Shown here piece by piece: positions 1 to 8,714 of a stretch of 64,000 bases of DNA. The stretch spans positions 1,452-65,451 of the forward strand of contig DASYTD010000149.1 in assembly GCA_036002655.1 (NCBI GenBank), read 5' to 3'. This DNA comes from Gemmatimonadales bacterium (GTDB lineage: Bacteria > Gemmatimonadota > Gemmatimonadetes > Gemmatimonadales > GWC2-71-9). The notes under the pieces are model-generated. The model made no database searches and was not told the origin of the DNA. It worked only from the letters and a program-made list of their open reading frames with translations. The translations under genes were made by a program, and so were the position numbers. The stretch's first letter is position 1, and each line of letters begins with the position of its first letter.

Positions 1-368
1 AGCCAGAGATGGCGATGCTCGAACAGGAACGCGATGCCGTGTTCCTTGGGCGTGATCGGAAAATCGGGGCTGGGGCCGAGGATCCGCAGATCCGACGCCT
101 GGAGCTCGACGCCCCCCGGGGCGCGCGCGTCCGTGCGCACGACACCGGTCACCTCGAGCGAGGTCTCGTGAGTAAGTTTCCCGAACGCATCCCACACGTC
201 CGGTTGCACGTCCTTTTTGGAGACAACCGCTTGCAACATGCCGGTGCCGTCTCGCACCACGACGAACGCGATTTTGCCGCTCGACCGGGTGGTCGCGACC
301 CAGCCGCGCACAGCCACCGTCTGTCCCGCAAACGGCGGAAGCTCCTCGATCCAATGACGTTCCGGCAT
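1..368 (-). CDS. asnS: asparagine--tRNA ligase, N-terminal part (gene continues past the left window edge)
   Basis: Absent from the ORF track because it is open at the window edge. Reverse translation from ATG 368-366 gives MPERHWIEELPPFAGQTVAVRGWVATTRSSGKIAFVVVRDGTGMLQAVVSKK...ITPKEHGIAFLFEHRHLW. This is an OB-fold anticodon-binding domain plus the KEHGI.FL..HRHLW segment typical of class IIb AsnRS. Confidence 0.8.
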   Translation of the reverse strand, partial: MPERHWIEELPPFAGQTVAVRGWVATTRSSGKIAFVVVRDGTGMLQAVVSKKDVQPDVWDAFGKLTHETSLEVTGVVRTDARAPGGVELQASDLRILGPSPDFPITPKEHGIAFLFEHRHLW

Positions 369-1514
369 AGGCGCGGCATACTAGTGGCGGGTCTTTTCAG
401 TGTCAACGCGATGGCCGGGGGGGGAGCGTGCGCCCCGGTCGCGAAACCGGGCCCGCTGCGCCAGGAATCGGGCTGGCCGGCCTATCTCGGCAATCAGCGC
501 CACGACGCCGCTGCGCGTGAGACCTTGAATCCCGATCCACGGCCACTCTGGCACGTGACCATGGGGCGCGGCGTGCGCGGCAGCCCCGCGCTCGGCGAAG
601 CCGTGGTCGCTGTGGGGACCGCCGACCGCAGCATCGTGCTCGTCGATCGGTCCAGCGGCGAGGTGTTGTGGCGTTCGCGTTTGGACGGAACGGTTCGAGC
701 GGGCCCACTGCTCGATGAGGACCGCTTGTACGTCGCCTCCGAGGCGCAACCCCAGGCCCGAGTGTACGCCGTGCGGTTGCGCGATGGGCGGGTCCTGTGG
801 CGCACCCGCGCCGGCAGCGTCGCGGCACCGCTCGCGTTCGATGGCGAGGCGCTTTACGCGGGCACGGAAGAAGGGACTGTCCTCAAACTCGATCCGGAAC
901 GCGGACGGGTGCAGTGGCGGGCCACGCTCGGATCCGGCGGGGTTCCCGGTGGCGCAGTGCGTGCCGGGCCCGTCGTCACGCCGCACGGCCTGGTCGTCGC
1001 CACAACGAGCGACACGCTGTATCTGCTCGATCGCGATAACGGCACGGTCCGCGCGCGCCTGCGTTTGCCGGGCAGCGTGCTCGCGACGCCGGCAACGGAT
1101 GGCCACCGCGTGTACCTCGCGACGATGAGCGGCCGCATCGTCGCCGTGGATCTCGTCTCGTGGACGGTGAGCTGGGATCGGCCGGCGGGTGACGCCGTCT
1201 ACGGCGCGCCGGCGCTCGTCAACGACACGCTGTACGTCCTCGCGCGCGACGGCCGGCTCTGGATGATTCCGGTGGACCGGCCGGACGCCGCGACGAGCCA
1301 TTCGCTCGACATCACGGCGACCGCGGGGCCGACGCCCCTGGCGTCAGGCGTCCTGGTCGGGAGCGTGAGCGGCGAGGTGCTGCTGGTGGATCCTGCGAGC
1401 GGTGCGATTCGCTGGCGCGCGCAAGTCGTCGGCCCGATCGAGGAACCGCCCCTGGTCCGGGACAGACAGGTGGTGGTCATCGCGGGGCGCGGCAATATTC
1501 ATACGTATCGATGA
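354..1514 (+). CDS. PQQ-like beta-propeller repeat protein, probable lipoprotein (BamB-like)
   Basis: From ORF 9..1514. The plausible protein starts at M116 (ATG 354) with MTFRHRRGILVAGLFSVNAMAGGGAC, which is signal/lipobox-like. Repeated blades follow (VLWRSRLDG, VLWRTRAGS, VQWRATLGS, IRWRAQVVG). The upstream 115 codons are Arg/His-rich and mirror asnS, so I treat them as artefact. The start is uncertain: ATG 354 overlaps the divergent asnS start by 15 nt, and ATG 408 is an alternative. Confidence 0.7.
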   Translation: MTFRHRRGILVAGLFSVNAMAGGGACAPVAKPGPLRQESGWPAYLGNQRHDAAARETLNPDPRPLWHVTMGRGVRGSPALGEAVVAVGTADRSIVLVDRSSGEVLWRSRLDGTVRAGPLLDEDRLYVASEAQPQARVYAVRLRDGRVLWRTRAGSVAAPLAFDGEALYAGTEEGTVLKLDPERGRVQWRATLGSGGVPGGAVRAGPVVTPHGLVVATTSDTLYLLDRDNGTVRARLRLPGSVLATPATDGHRVYLATMSGRIVAVDLVSWTVSWDRPAGDAVYGAPALVNDTLYVLARDGRLWMIPVDRPDAATSHSLDITATAGPTPLASGVLVGSVSGEVLLVDPASGAIRWRAQVVGPIEEPPLVRDRQVVVIAGRGNIHTYR

Positions 1515-2035
1515 TGAATCGCTCGACTGCGGTCCTCTTGCTCTTGATCGCCGGGTTTGTGCCCACCGCCCGGTCGCAGTCACTTTTTAGCCCTCAGCCG
1601 TCGGCTGTCAGTACTGAAAGCAGACGGCTGATGACTGCGAGCTTACGACGTGACGTACCGCATTACGGCAAATGGCTCACCGCGGCGGGCGCAGCCGCCT
1701 TTACGTTGCTGGCCGCGTCGGAGCATCGCCAATCGCGGCGCGATTGGGACGCACTGCTGACCATTTGTCGTTCCTCCGACAACGCGTGCGAGCTGGGACC
1801 CGACGGTCGTTACGTGCGGACCGATGCCGAGCAGCTGTTTCAGCGCTCGCGCTTCTTCGACCGGCGCGCAAATCGCTTCTTGCTCGGCGCCCAAGGCAGT
1901 CTGCTCCTCACGACGGCGCTCTTCGTCATCGACCTGCATCCGGGACAGGGGCCGGATAACATCCCCTTCCCCGGGGGCGTTGCGGTGAGCCCGCTACCCA
2001 ATGGTGCAGCAGTGGGGCTGCGCATCGCGTTCTGA
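1511..2035 (+). CDS. hypothetical exported protein
   Basis: Signal-peptide-like N-terminus MMNRSTAVLLLLIAGFVPTARSQ. The start overlaps the stop of the upstream gene. No family recognised. Confidence 0.5.
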   Translation: MMNRSTAVLLLLIAGFVPTARSQSLFSPQPSAVSTESRRLMTASLRRDVPHYGKWLTAAGAAAFTLLAASEHRQSRRDWDALLTICRSSDNACELGPDGRYVRTDAEQLFQRSRFFDRRANRFLLGAQGSLLLTTALFVIDLHPGQGPDNIPFPGGVAVSPLPNGAAVGLRIAF

Positions 2036-2041
2036 GAAGCT

Positions 2042-4105
2042 TTACCCGACCCTGAACAACTCAAACCCCCGCTCATAGCGCGTCACAATCCGCTCGCGGT
2101 AGGCCGCGTGCTCGCGGCGCTCGAGGGCCGGATCGGTCGCGATTATCGCGCCCGCGGCGCTGCGCGCGGCTTCCAACAACGGCAGATCGGTCTCGAGATT
2201 CGCGTAGCGCAGCGGCACGCCGCCCGACTGCCGGGCTCCCGTCAGCTCGCCCATGCCCCGCTCGTGCAGGTCCAGCTCGGCGATCTTGAAGCCGTCGGTG
2301 GTTTCACAGAACGCCTGGAGCCGCGCGGACGCTTCTGAATGCGAGAGCAGAATGCAGTGACTCGCCGCCGAGCCCCGTCCCACACGGCCCCGCAGCTGGT
2401 GCAGCTGCGCCAATCCGAATCGCTCCGCATGCTCGATCAACATCACCGTGGCGTTCGCGACATCAATGCCCACTTCGATGACGGTGGTCGCGACGAGGAT
2501 GTGCACCTGGTTGTCGCGAAAGGCGCGCATCGTGGCGTCGCGCTCCTCGGCCTTCAGCCGGCCGTGCACCAATCCCACACGAAACTCGGCAAATGTCTTG
2601 GCGAGCTTCTCGGCCATCGTCGTGGCGGCCTTGAGGTCGGCCCGCTCGGACTCTTCAATGACCGGATAGATCACATACGCCTGCCGGCCGGCCGCGCACT
2701 CGCTTCGAATGAATTCGTAGATCTTGGAGCGCGCGGCATCGGTGCGCAGCGCGGTCTTGACCGCACCGCGGCCGGGCGGCCGCTCGCGGATCTGGGTGAC
2801 GTCGAGGTCGCCGTACAGCGTAAGCGCCAGCGAGCGCGGGATTGGCGTGGCCGTGAGCAGCAGCACGTCAGGCGCATCGCCTTTTTCGACCAATGCGGCG
2901 CGTTGCTCGACGCCAAAGCGATGCTGCTCGTCAATGACGGCGAGCCCCAAGCGGCGGAACGTGACCGACTCCTGGATCAGCGCGTGCGTGCCGACGACGA
3001 TCCGCGGCGCGCCCGCCGCGATCCGCTGCCGCGCCGCGGTCTTCTCGGCCGCGCTCATCCGGCCAAGCAGCAGCTCCGGCCGAATCGCCAGCGGCTCGAG
3101 CAGCCGCGTCAACGTGGCGCCGTGCTGCTCCGCCAGCAGCTCCGTGGGCGCCATGATCGCGGCCTGATAGTCGTTCTCGGCGGCGAGCAGCATCGCGAAC
3201 AGCGCCACGACCGTCTTGCCCGTACCGACATCACCCATGAGCAGTCGATGCATGCGCAACGGCGCCGTCATATCGCCACTGATCTCACGGATCGCCAGAC
3301 GCTGATCCCCCGTCAGCTCGAATGGCAGATGTTCCTTGAGTCGCGTCGTGAGCTCGCGTTTCAGCTGGAATGTGATGCCCGCCCGGGAGCGCTTCGCCAG
3401 ATGGCGGGCGCGCGCCTGCACCAGCTGCTGGTCGAACAGCTCGTCGAACGCGAGCCGCCGGCGGCCGAGCTCCGCTTCTTCGACCCGCTTGGGGCGATGG
3501 ATCAGCTCCAAAGCGCGCCGTAGCTCGATCAGGTCATGCGTGGCACGAAAGGCGGCCGGATGGGGATCCGTGACAAGGGGCAGCAGCCCATCGAGATGCT
3601 GCTGGACGAGCACGCGGATCTGCCGATGGGTGAGGCCTTCGGTCGCGGGATAGACCGGCAGTACTACTCCCGGGTCTCCGTCACTTTCGTCACCTGGCTC
3701 GGCGAGCACAATGAACTCGCGCGGCACGAGCTGCTTGCCGTGGTAGTAGCGCACTGGCCCGGTGACGAGCAGCAGCTGCGCTTTCTTTATCTGACGCTCG
3801 AGAAAGGGGCGGCCCGGCCACGCGCATTCGAGCAGGCCGCTTTCGTCCTTCAGCACCGCGCGGAACACGCGCAACCCGCGGCGCGTGGGCAACACACCGG
3901 TACTGACGACGCGACCCACGCAGGTCACGTCTTGCCCGACCGTGGCGCGCGCGAGCGGTGTCACCGATGTCGCGTCGAGATAGCGATGCGGCACGTGGTA
4001 GAGGAGATCGCCGACTGTGCGGATGCCGAGTCGCTGGAGGGCTTCGGCGCGCTTGGGGCCGACGCCTTTGAGGAACTTGACGGGCGAATTGAGCTGGAGC
4101 GTCAC
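2042..4105 (-). CDS. recG: ATP-dependent DNA helicase RecG
   Basis: 687 aa. N-terminus LKGVGPKRAEALQRLGIRTVGDLLYHVPHRY (wedge domain region), helicase motifs GDVGTGKT, DEQHRFG, TATPIPR and QLHQLRGRVGRG. The GTG start overlaps the ftsY stop (GTGA). Confidence 0.95.
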   Translation of the reverse strand: MTLQLNSPVKFLKGVGPKRAEALQRLGIRTVGDLLYHVPHRYLDATSVTPLARATVGQDVTCVGRVVSTGVLPTRRGLRVFRAVLKDESGLLECAWPGRPFLERQIKKAQLLLVTGPVRYYHGKQLVPREFIVLAEPGDESDGDPGVVLPVYPATEGLTHRQIRVLVQQHLDGLLPLVTDPHPAAFRATHDLIELRRALELIHRPKRVEEAELGRRRLAFDELFDQQLVQARARHLAKRSRAGITFQLKRELTTRLKEHLPFELTGDQRLAIREISGDMTAPLRMHRLLMGDVGTGKTVVALFAMLLAAENDYQAAIMAPTELLAEQHGATLTRLLEPLAIRPELLLGRMSAAEKTAARQRIAAGAPRIVVGTHALIQESVTFRRLGLAVIDEQHRFGVEQRAALVEKGDAPDVLLLTATPIPRSLALTLYGDLDVTQIRERPPGRGAVKTALRTDAARSKIYEFIRSECAAGRQAYVIYPVIEESERADLKAATTMAEKLAKTFAEFRVGLVHGRLKAEERDATMRAFRDNQVHILVATTVIEVGIDVANATVMLIEHAERFGLAQLHQLRGRVGRGSAASHCILLSHSEASARLQAFCETTDGFKIAELDLHERGMGELTGARQSGGVPLRYANLETDLPLLEAARSAAGAIIATDPALERREHAAYRERIVTRYERGFELFRVG

Positions 4106-4944
4106 TCGCTCACGAGCCGATGCGCATAGCGCGCGGGATCGAACAGCTCGAGATCTCCAACGTCCTCTCCGGTGCCGAGAAAGCGAATGGGGACGTTCAC
4201 GGCCCGCCGCAAGGCCACGACGCTTCCACCCTTGGCAGTGCCGTCGAGCTTCGTGATGACGAGCCCGGTCAGTGGCACGGCGGCGGCGAACGTTTCGGCC
4301 TGGCGGACGGCGTTCTGACCGACGGTGGCGTCGAGGACGAGCAGCGATTCGTGGGGCGCGCCCGCATGCCGTTTGCCGACCACCCGGACGACCTTCTTGA
4401 GCTCCTCACGCAGCCTGTCGTCGGTATGGAGTCGTCCGGCCGTATCGACGAGCACCGTCTCGACGCCACGGGTCGTCGCCGCGTCCACCGCGTCGAACGC
4501 GACCGCGGCGGGATCGCCACGGGCGCTGGCGCCCACGAAGGGGGCGGCGAGCCGGTCCGCCCACACTTTCAGCTGTTCCGTGGCGCCCGCCCGGAACGTG
4601 TCCGCCGCGGCGAGCAGCACACTGCGCCCTTCGTTTTGGAGTCGCTTCGCGAGCTTTGCGACCGACGTTGTTTTGCCTGTCCCGTTGACGCCGAAGATCA
4701 GCACGACCGTGGGCGGCTGCGCGGCGCGCGCGAGCGGCGCGGCCGGCGGGCCCAACTGCTCGACCACGATCCGCTCGAGGGTCGCCTGGTCAACCTTGTC
4801 CGCCCGGCTCAAGCGCTCCACGATCTCGTTCGTCGCCGCGACGCCAAAATCCGCTTCGAGCAACAGACGCTGGACGTTCTCGAGCGTGGCAGAGTCGGCC
4901 GCGCTGGTGCCGAAGAAGCGCGAGACCCGCTTCCACAGGCCCAT
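4102..4944 (-). CDS. ftsY: signal recognition particle receptor FtsY (short form)
   Basis: SRP-GTPase NG domain motifs GVNGTGKTTSVAKLA, DTAGRLH and TKLDGTAKGG. Start taken at M53 of ORF 4102..5100 (MGLWKRVSRFFG); that ATG overlaps the upstream stop by 1 nt. The longer N-terminal extension is Arg-rich and unlikely to be real. Confidence 0.9.
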   Translation of the reverse strand: MGLWKRVSRFFGTSAADSATLENVQRLLLEADFGVAATNEIVERLSRADKVDQATLERIVVEQLGPPAAPLARAAQPPTVVLIFGVNGTGKTTSVAKLAKRLQNEGRSVLLAAADTFRAGATEQLKVWADRLAAPFVGASARGDPAAVAFDAVDAATTRGVETVLVDTAGRLHTDDRLREELKKVVRVVGKRHAGAPHESLLVLDATVGQNAVRQAETFAAAVPLTGLVITKLDGTAKGGSVVALRRAVNVPIRFLGTGEDVGDLELFDPARYAHRLVSE

Positions 4945-6701
4945 TAGGGGAGACCTTGGCGCCGCCGCAACGCCCACTCGGTCGCGAGCGCGGCGATGGC
5001 GATGACGAACAGCCACCACCGGTCCCGCAGGCCGATGGACGCCAAGCGCGCGGTGGCTTCTCCCGGTTGCAATCCGAGCGACGGCGTGCTGGGCAGCCAT
5101 TCGTCCGAATATGTCTCCACGGCGACGACACCCTGCTCCGGCCCACCGCTCAACGCGTAGCGATAGACACCGGGCGGGAGCAGGAGCTCCGCCCGGCCGG
5201 CGGCATCGAAGCGGAGCGTGTCGGTTCGCGTGGAATCACCACTCCGGAGTGTGACGGCGAGTGCACGCGGATCATCGTAAGCGGACCAACGCCACACGAT
5301 CGGCAGGCCGTTGGGCACCTCGAGCTCTTCGGGGCTCGCCCGCTCCCTGCTCCCCGCTCCCCGCTCCCCCAAGAGCCAGTCCACCACGGCGGCCACAAGA
5401 CTGCGGTACGCCTCCTCCGCCGCACCCCCGCGGAACGCCCAGCGCCACAATCCCGCAGCGGTGACTGTCGCCTGCCGTTGCCCCCCCCCGTTCTGCTGCT
5501 CGAGCATGAGAATCGGCCGGGGCGGTCCGCGTCGCGCGAGTCGGGCGCTGAGCGCGACCACCAAGGTCGGGTTGGAATCGCGCCGCGGGATCGCCGCCGG
5601 CGCCGCCGCCGCCGTTGCCGGCGGGAGCGAATCCCAGAGAACACCGGCGAGTGCGGCGGTCAATGGCGATGAGAGCGGACGCTCCACGTACCAATCGCCT
5701 GCTTGCCCGTTGGTCGGCCAGAGTAATCGCGCAGCTCTGGCTCCACTCGTGAACGCGCGGGCGCGCGCTGGATCGCCCGTTGCGATCACGAGCCGAGCTC
5801 CTGCGGCGGCACGCGTCAACTCAGCGGTGGCCACCGGAGCCAGCGTCGCCCCATCGCGCCACCGTCCCGGCTCCGTCTCCACGAACACCTTCACGGGGAC
5901 CCGCGCCACGTCACTCAGTGTGCGAGCGAGGAACCGTGCCTCCCAATCGGGCGGCGATGCGAAGATCACGGCGGCGGGCTCGACGCTTACATCGACCACG
6001 AGAAGTCTCACGTCGTCCCGAGGTTCGGCGTCACCGACGCCATCCAGGCGAACCTCGAGTACCGACCATCCGGGAAACGGGATACGGGAAACGGGAAACG
6101 TGATTTCCGTCGAGATCGTACCGCTATCGGGCAGCATAACTCGTTGCGATGCCAGCCGTCGGTCTCCGACACCTACCGTAAGCAACGTTTCCCGTGTCCC
6201 GTTTCTCGTTTCCCGTGTCCCGGCGCTCCCGTAGCTCACCCTCAGTCGCACAGTGTCGCCGCGCGTAACGTGCCGCACGCCCTCCACGCTCGCGACGTAG
6301 GCATCGAAAAACGAAGGTCGTGGCTGCACGATCACGCGGGGGCGGCGCAGCAGATCGGCCGGGATGCCGGCTACGTCATCCACGTTGCCGTCGGTCACGA
6401 CGATCACCTCGCCGGCGCGGCCGGCGGCGGCTTCGAGCGCCGGGCCCAGGTGGCTGGCCCCACCCGCCGGCGCGGCCGTGTCGAACGGGGCGATGCCGTT
6501 TCCAAACCGCCACACGATGGCGCGCCGGGGCGGGCGCGCGAACCCACGGGCGCTGTCGAGTGCCGCGCGCCACGGCGCGCCGGTCATGCTGAGCGACGCG
6601 TCCAGCAGGACGATCGGTTGATCGCCGGCCGGGAGCAGTCGGGAGCTCGCGGGATTCCAGAGCAACAGGATGAGCGCCAGCACCGCCGCGACGCGCAGCA
6701 T
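4944..6701 (-). CDS. membrane-anchored vWA-like domain protein (function unknown)
   Basis: Start taken at M23 (MLRVAAVLALILLLWNP, an N-terminal TM helix). It overlaps the hisA-like stop by 1 nt. MIDAS-like VLLDASLSMTG and IVVTDGNVDD motifs, and a C-terminal TM helix WWLFVIAIAALATEWAL. Contains three G-tract heptamer arrays (see repeat features). Confidence 0.6.
   Translation of the reverse strand: MLRVAAVLALILLLWNPASSRLLPAGDQPIVLLDASLSMTGAPWRAALDSARGFARPPRRAIVWRFGNGIAPFDTAAPAGGASHLGPALEAAAGRAGEVIVVTDGNVDDVAGIPADLLRRPRVIVQPRPSFFDAYVASVEGVRHVTRGDTVRLRVSYGSAGTRETRNGTRETLLTVGVGDRRLASQRVMLPDSGTISTEITFPVSRIPFPGWSVLEVRLDGVGDAEPRDDVRLLVVDVSVEPAAVIFASPPDWEARFLARTLSDVARVPVKVFVETEPGRWRDGATLAPVATAELTRAAAGARLVIATGDPARARAFTSGARAARLLWPTNGQAGDWYVERPLSSPLTAALAGVLWDSLPPATAAAAPAAIPRRDSNPTLVVALSARLARRGPPRPILMLEQQNGGGQRQATVTAAGLWRWAFRGGAAEEAYRSLVAAVVDWLLGERGAGSRERASPEELEVPNGLPIVWRWSAYDDPRALAVTLRSGDSTRTDTLRFDAAGRAELLLPPGVYRYALSGGPEQGVVAVETYSDEWLPSTPSLGLQPGEATARLASIGLRDRWWLFVIAIAALATEWALRRRQGLP
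5341..5368. repeat. tandem heptamer array (CGCTCCC/TGCTCCC) x4, G-rich on the minus (coding) strand
   Basis: Read directly: cgctccc tgctccc cgctccc cgctccc. The minus strand reads GGGGGAGCGGGGAGCGGGGAGCAGGGAGCGGG. It encodes GERGAGSRE in the vWA-like protein. Confidence 0.8.
6071..6098. repeat. tandem heptamer array (CGGGAAA/CGGGATA) x4
   Basis: Read directly: cgggaaa cgggata cgggaaa cgggaaa. It is the inverted partner of the array at 6188-6222. Confidence 0.8.
6188..6222. repeat. tandem heptamer array (TTTCCCG/TGTCCCG/TTTCTCG) x5, inverted relative to 6071-6098
   Basis: Read directly: tttcccg tgtcccg tttctcg tttcccg tgtcccg. One cgctccc unit follows immediately (6224-6230). Confidence 0.8.
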
Positions 6702-7393
6702 CACGAAAGACACGCGAGCGCCTCCGCGATCGTGAACTTGCCGTCGTACAACGCCCGTCCCACGCATGCGCCCGCGAGTCCGGCGGCTCGTGCCTGACGC
6801 AAGTCAGCGAGCGAGCCGACGCCCCCCGACACGATGACGTCCAGGCCATCCCCGATCGCGGCGAGCTGGCGAGCGCCCTCGATGTCCGGACCGGTGAGCA
6901 TGCCGTCCCGTGTGACCTCGTTGTAGATGATCGTGCGAATTCCCTGTTGCGCGACGCGGGTCGCGAGGTCGCGCGCCGTGAGATCGAGAATATCCGCCGT
7001 ACCGCGCGGCGCGACCCGGCCATGTCGTGCATCGATGCCCACCGCGAGGCGGGCCGCCCCGTGCCGCGCCAGCAGCCGCTCGACGAGCCCACGATCCACC
7101 GCACCGCGCGGGCCGATCACCACGCGCGTCGCGCCCAGCGTGAACATGTGATCGATGTCGGTTTCTCGAAACAGGCCGCCGCCGACTTGGACCCGGACTC
7201 GCGCGGCGCTGAGCACCGCGCCCACGAGCTCGTGGTTGTCCGGGCGACCGTACGCGCGATCCATGTCCACGAGGTGAATCCAGCGCGTGCCCGCGCGTGT
7301 GAACTCCGCGAGCGCTTCCAGGGGTTCGGCCGCGGCGCCATGGGCGCGCGCCACACGCCCGCCTGCGATGTCAACGGCGGGATAGAGCTCCAC
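6701..7393 (-). CDS. hisA: HisA/PriA-like (beta/alpha)8 ProFAR isomerase
   Basis: 230 aa. MELYPAVDIAGGRV (catalytic Asp region), VQVGGGL, IIYNEVTRDGMLTGPD and VIVSGGVGSLADL are typical HisA phosphate-binding motifs. No other his genes are nearby. Confidence 0.8.
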   Translation of the reverse strand: MELYPAVDIAGGRVARAHGAAAEPLEALAEFTRAGTRWIHLVDMDRAYGRPDNHELVGAVLSAARVRVQVGGGLFRETDIDHMFTLGATRVVIGPRGAVDRGLVERLLARHGAARLAVGIDARHGRVAPRGTADILDLTARDLATRVAQQGIRTIIYNEVTRDGMLTGPDIEGARQLAAIGDGLDVIVSGGVGSLADLRQARAAGLAGACVGRALYDGKFTIAEALACLS

Positions 7394-7412
7394 GTGTGTT
7401 GGTGTGGGAGGG

Positions 7413-8714
7413 TTAGTCGTCGCGAGCCGCGCCCGCGGCGGCGCCCAGCGCCGGCGCGGCAGCAGGCACGTTAGTCGGCTCGAGCTCGGCTAGCAGTTGG
7501 GCGCGGACCGTGTCGAACGCTGCCTTGAACTTCGCAGGCACCGGCGCGCCGGCACCGGCGTCCTTGCGCTGCGGATTCGTCGGCCGGCCGTTCACGAGAA
7601 ACTCATAGTGCAAGTGCGGTCCCGTGGACAGGCCGGTCGAGCCGACGTAGCCGATCGTCTGCTCCTGGCTGATGCGCTGACCTACCCGCAACCCTTTCGC
7701 GAACTTCGACAGGTGTCCATAGCGGGTGCGGATGCCGTTGCCGTGGCGAATCTCGACCAGATTGCCGTAGCCGCCGGTGCGCCCGGCCTCCGTGACGATG
7801 CCGTCGGCGGTGGCACGGACCGGCGTGCCGTACCCGGCGGCATAATCGGTGCCCTGGTGGCTGCGCCACCGTCTCAGAATCGGATGAAAGCGGCCGCCGA
7901 AGCGGCTGGAAATGTGGCTGAAGCGCAGCGGTGCACGCAAAAACGCGCGCCGCAGCGAGCGGCCGCGTTCGTCGTAAAAACCGCCCCCCCCCGCACCGGT
8001 GGGATTGTCGAAGGCAAACGCGAAACTGGGTGAGCCCGCCACATCCACTCGCGCGGCGAGAATGCGCCCCAGCCGGCGCTCGCCTTCCGGCGACTGCAGC
8101 CGTTCGATCAGCACTTCGACACGATCGCCGGGGCGCAGGTCGCGGGTGAAGTCCACCTCCCAGTCGTACACGTCGGCGATGGCCCAGGCGAGGGCGACCC
8201 GCTGGCGAATGGGGAGGAACGAATCGGGGATCGCGGCGTCGAGCGCGTCGTAGAGATTCGCTTGGATGACGGCCGTCGTGCGCAGCCGCTCGGTCGCCCA
8301 GGGGATGTCCTCGACCACTTCCTGCCAGCCCGAATCGCCGTTGAGCCGCGTCAGCCACAACCGCTTCTCGGGATCCAGCCGGACGCCGAGCCGGCTGGCG
8401 ACCGGCGCGCCCTTCAAGTGGCGCACCTCGAACACGAGACCGGGCTGGAGCCGGCGGGGATTGAGCGCGTGCGTGGCTTTCATGAAGCTGACGTACTCGC
8501 GGCCGGTGATGCCCGCACGCGTGAGCACGGAGGCCAACATCTCACCGCGGCGGAGCGTGTCCGCCCATTCATCGTACGCGCTGGTGACGACGATCGGCAG
8601 CGCCATCGGGATCTGGCGCGACGACCACGCCTGGTGCGCGGCCCCGGCGGCCCACAGCAGCATGCCGGCGGCGAGCGCGCCGGCCGCAACGTAAGGATTC
8701 GCTCGCCGCGCCAT
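7413..8714 (-). CDS. M23 family metallopeptidase (murein DD-endopeptidase-like)
   Basis: C-terminal HQGTDYAA...GYGNLVEIRHGNGIRTRYGHL...GSTGLSTGPHLHYEF (HxxxD and HxH zinc motifs). N-terminal TM helix. The start overlaps the ftsZ stop by 1 nt. Confidence 0.85.
   Translation of the reverse strand: MARRANPYVAAGALAAGMLLWAAGAAHQAWSSRQIPMALPIVVTSAYDEWADTLRRGEMLASVLTRAGITGREYVSFMKATHALNPRRLQPGLVFEVRHLKGAPVASRLGVRLDPEKRLWLTRLNGDSGWQEVVEDIPWATERLRTTAVIQANLYDALDAAIPDSFLPIRQRVALAWAIADVYDWEVDFTRDLRPGDRVEVLIERLQSPEGERRLGRILAARVDVAGSPSFAFAFDNPTGAGGGGFYDERGRSLRRAFLRAPLRFSHISSRFGGRFHPILRRWRSHQGTDYAAGYGTPVRATADGIVTEAGRTGGYGNLVEIRHGNGIRTRYGHLSKFAKGLRVGQRISQEQTIGYVGSTGLSTGPHLHYEFLVNGRPTNPQRKDAGAGAPVPAKFKAAFDTVRAQLLAELEPTNVPAAAPALGAAAGAARDD

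Noticed and set aside
149-406. Minus-strand ORF 149..406 (85 aa) from the track.
   Set aside because: It is in a different frame from the clearly conserved asnS N-terminus that occupies the same strand and region. Its translation is Arg/Ser/Cys-rich with no family signal.
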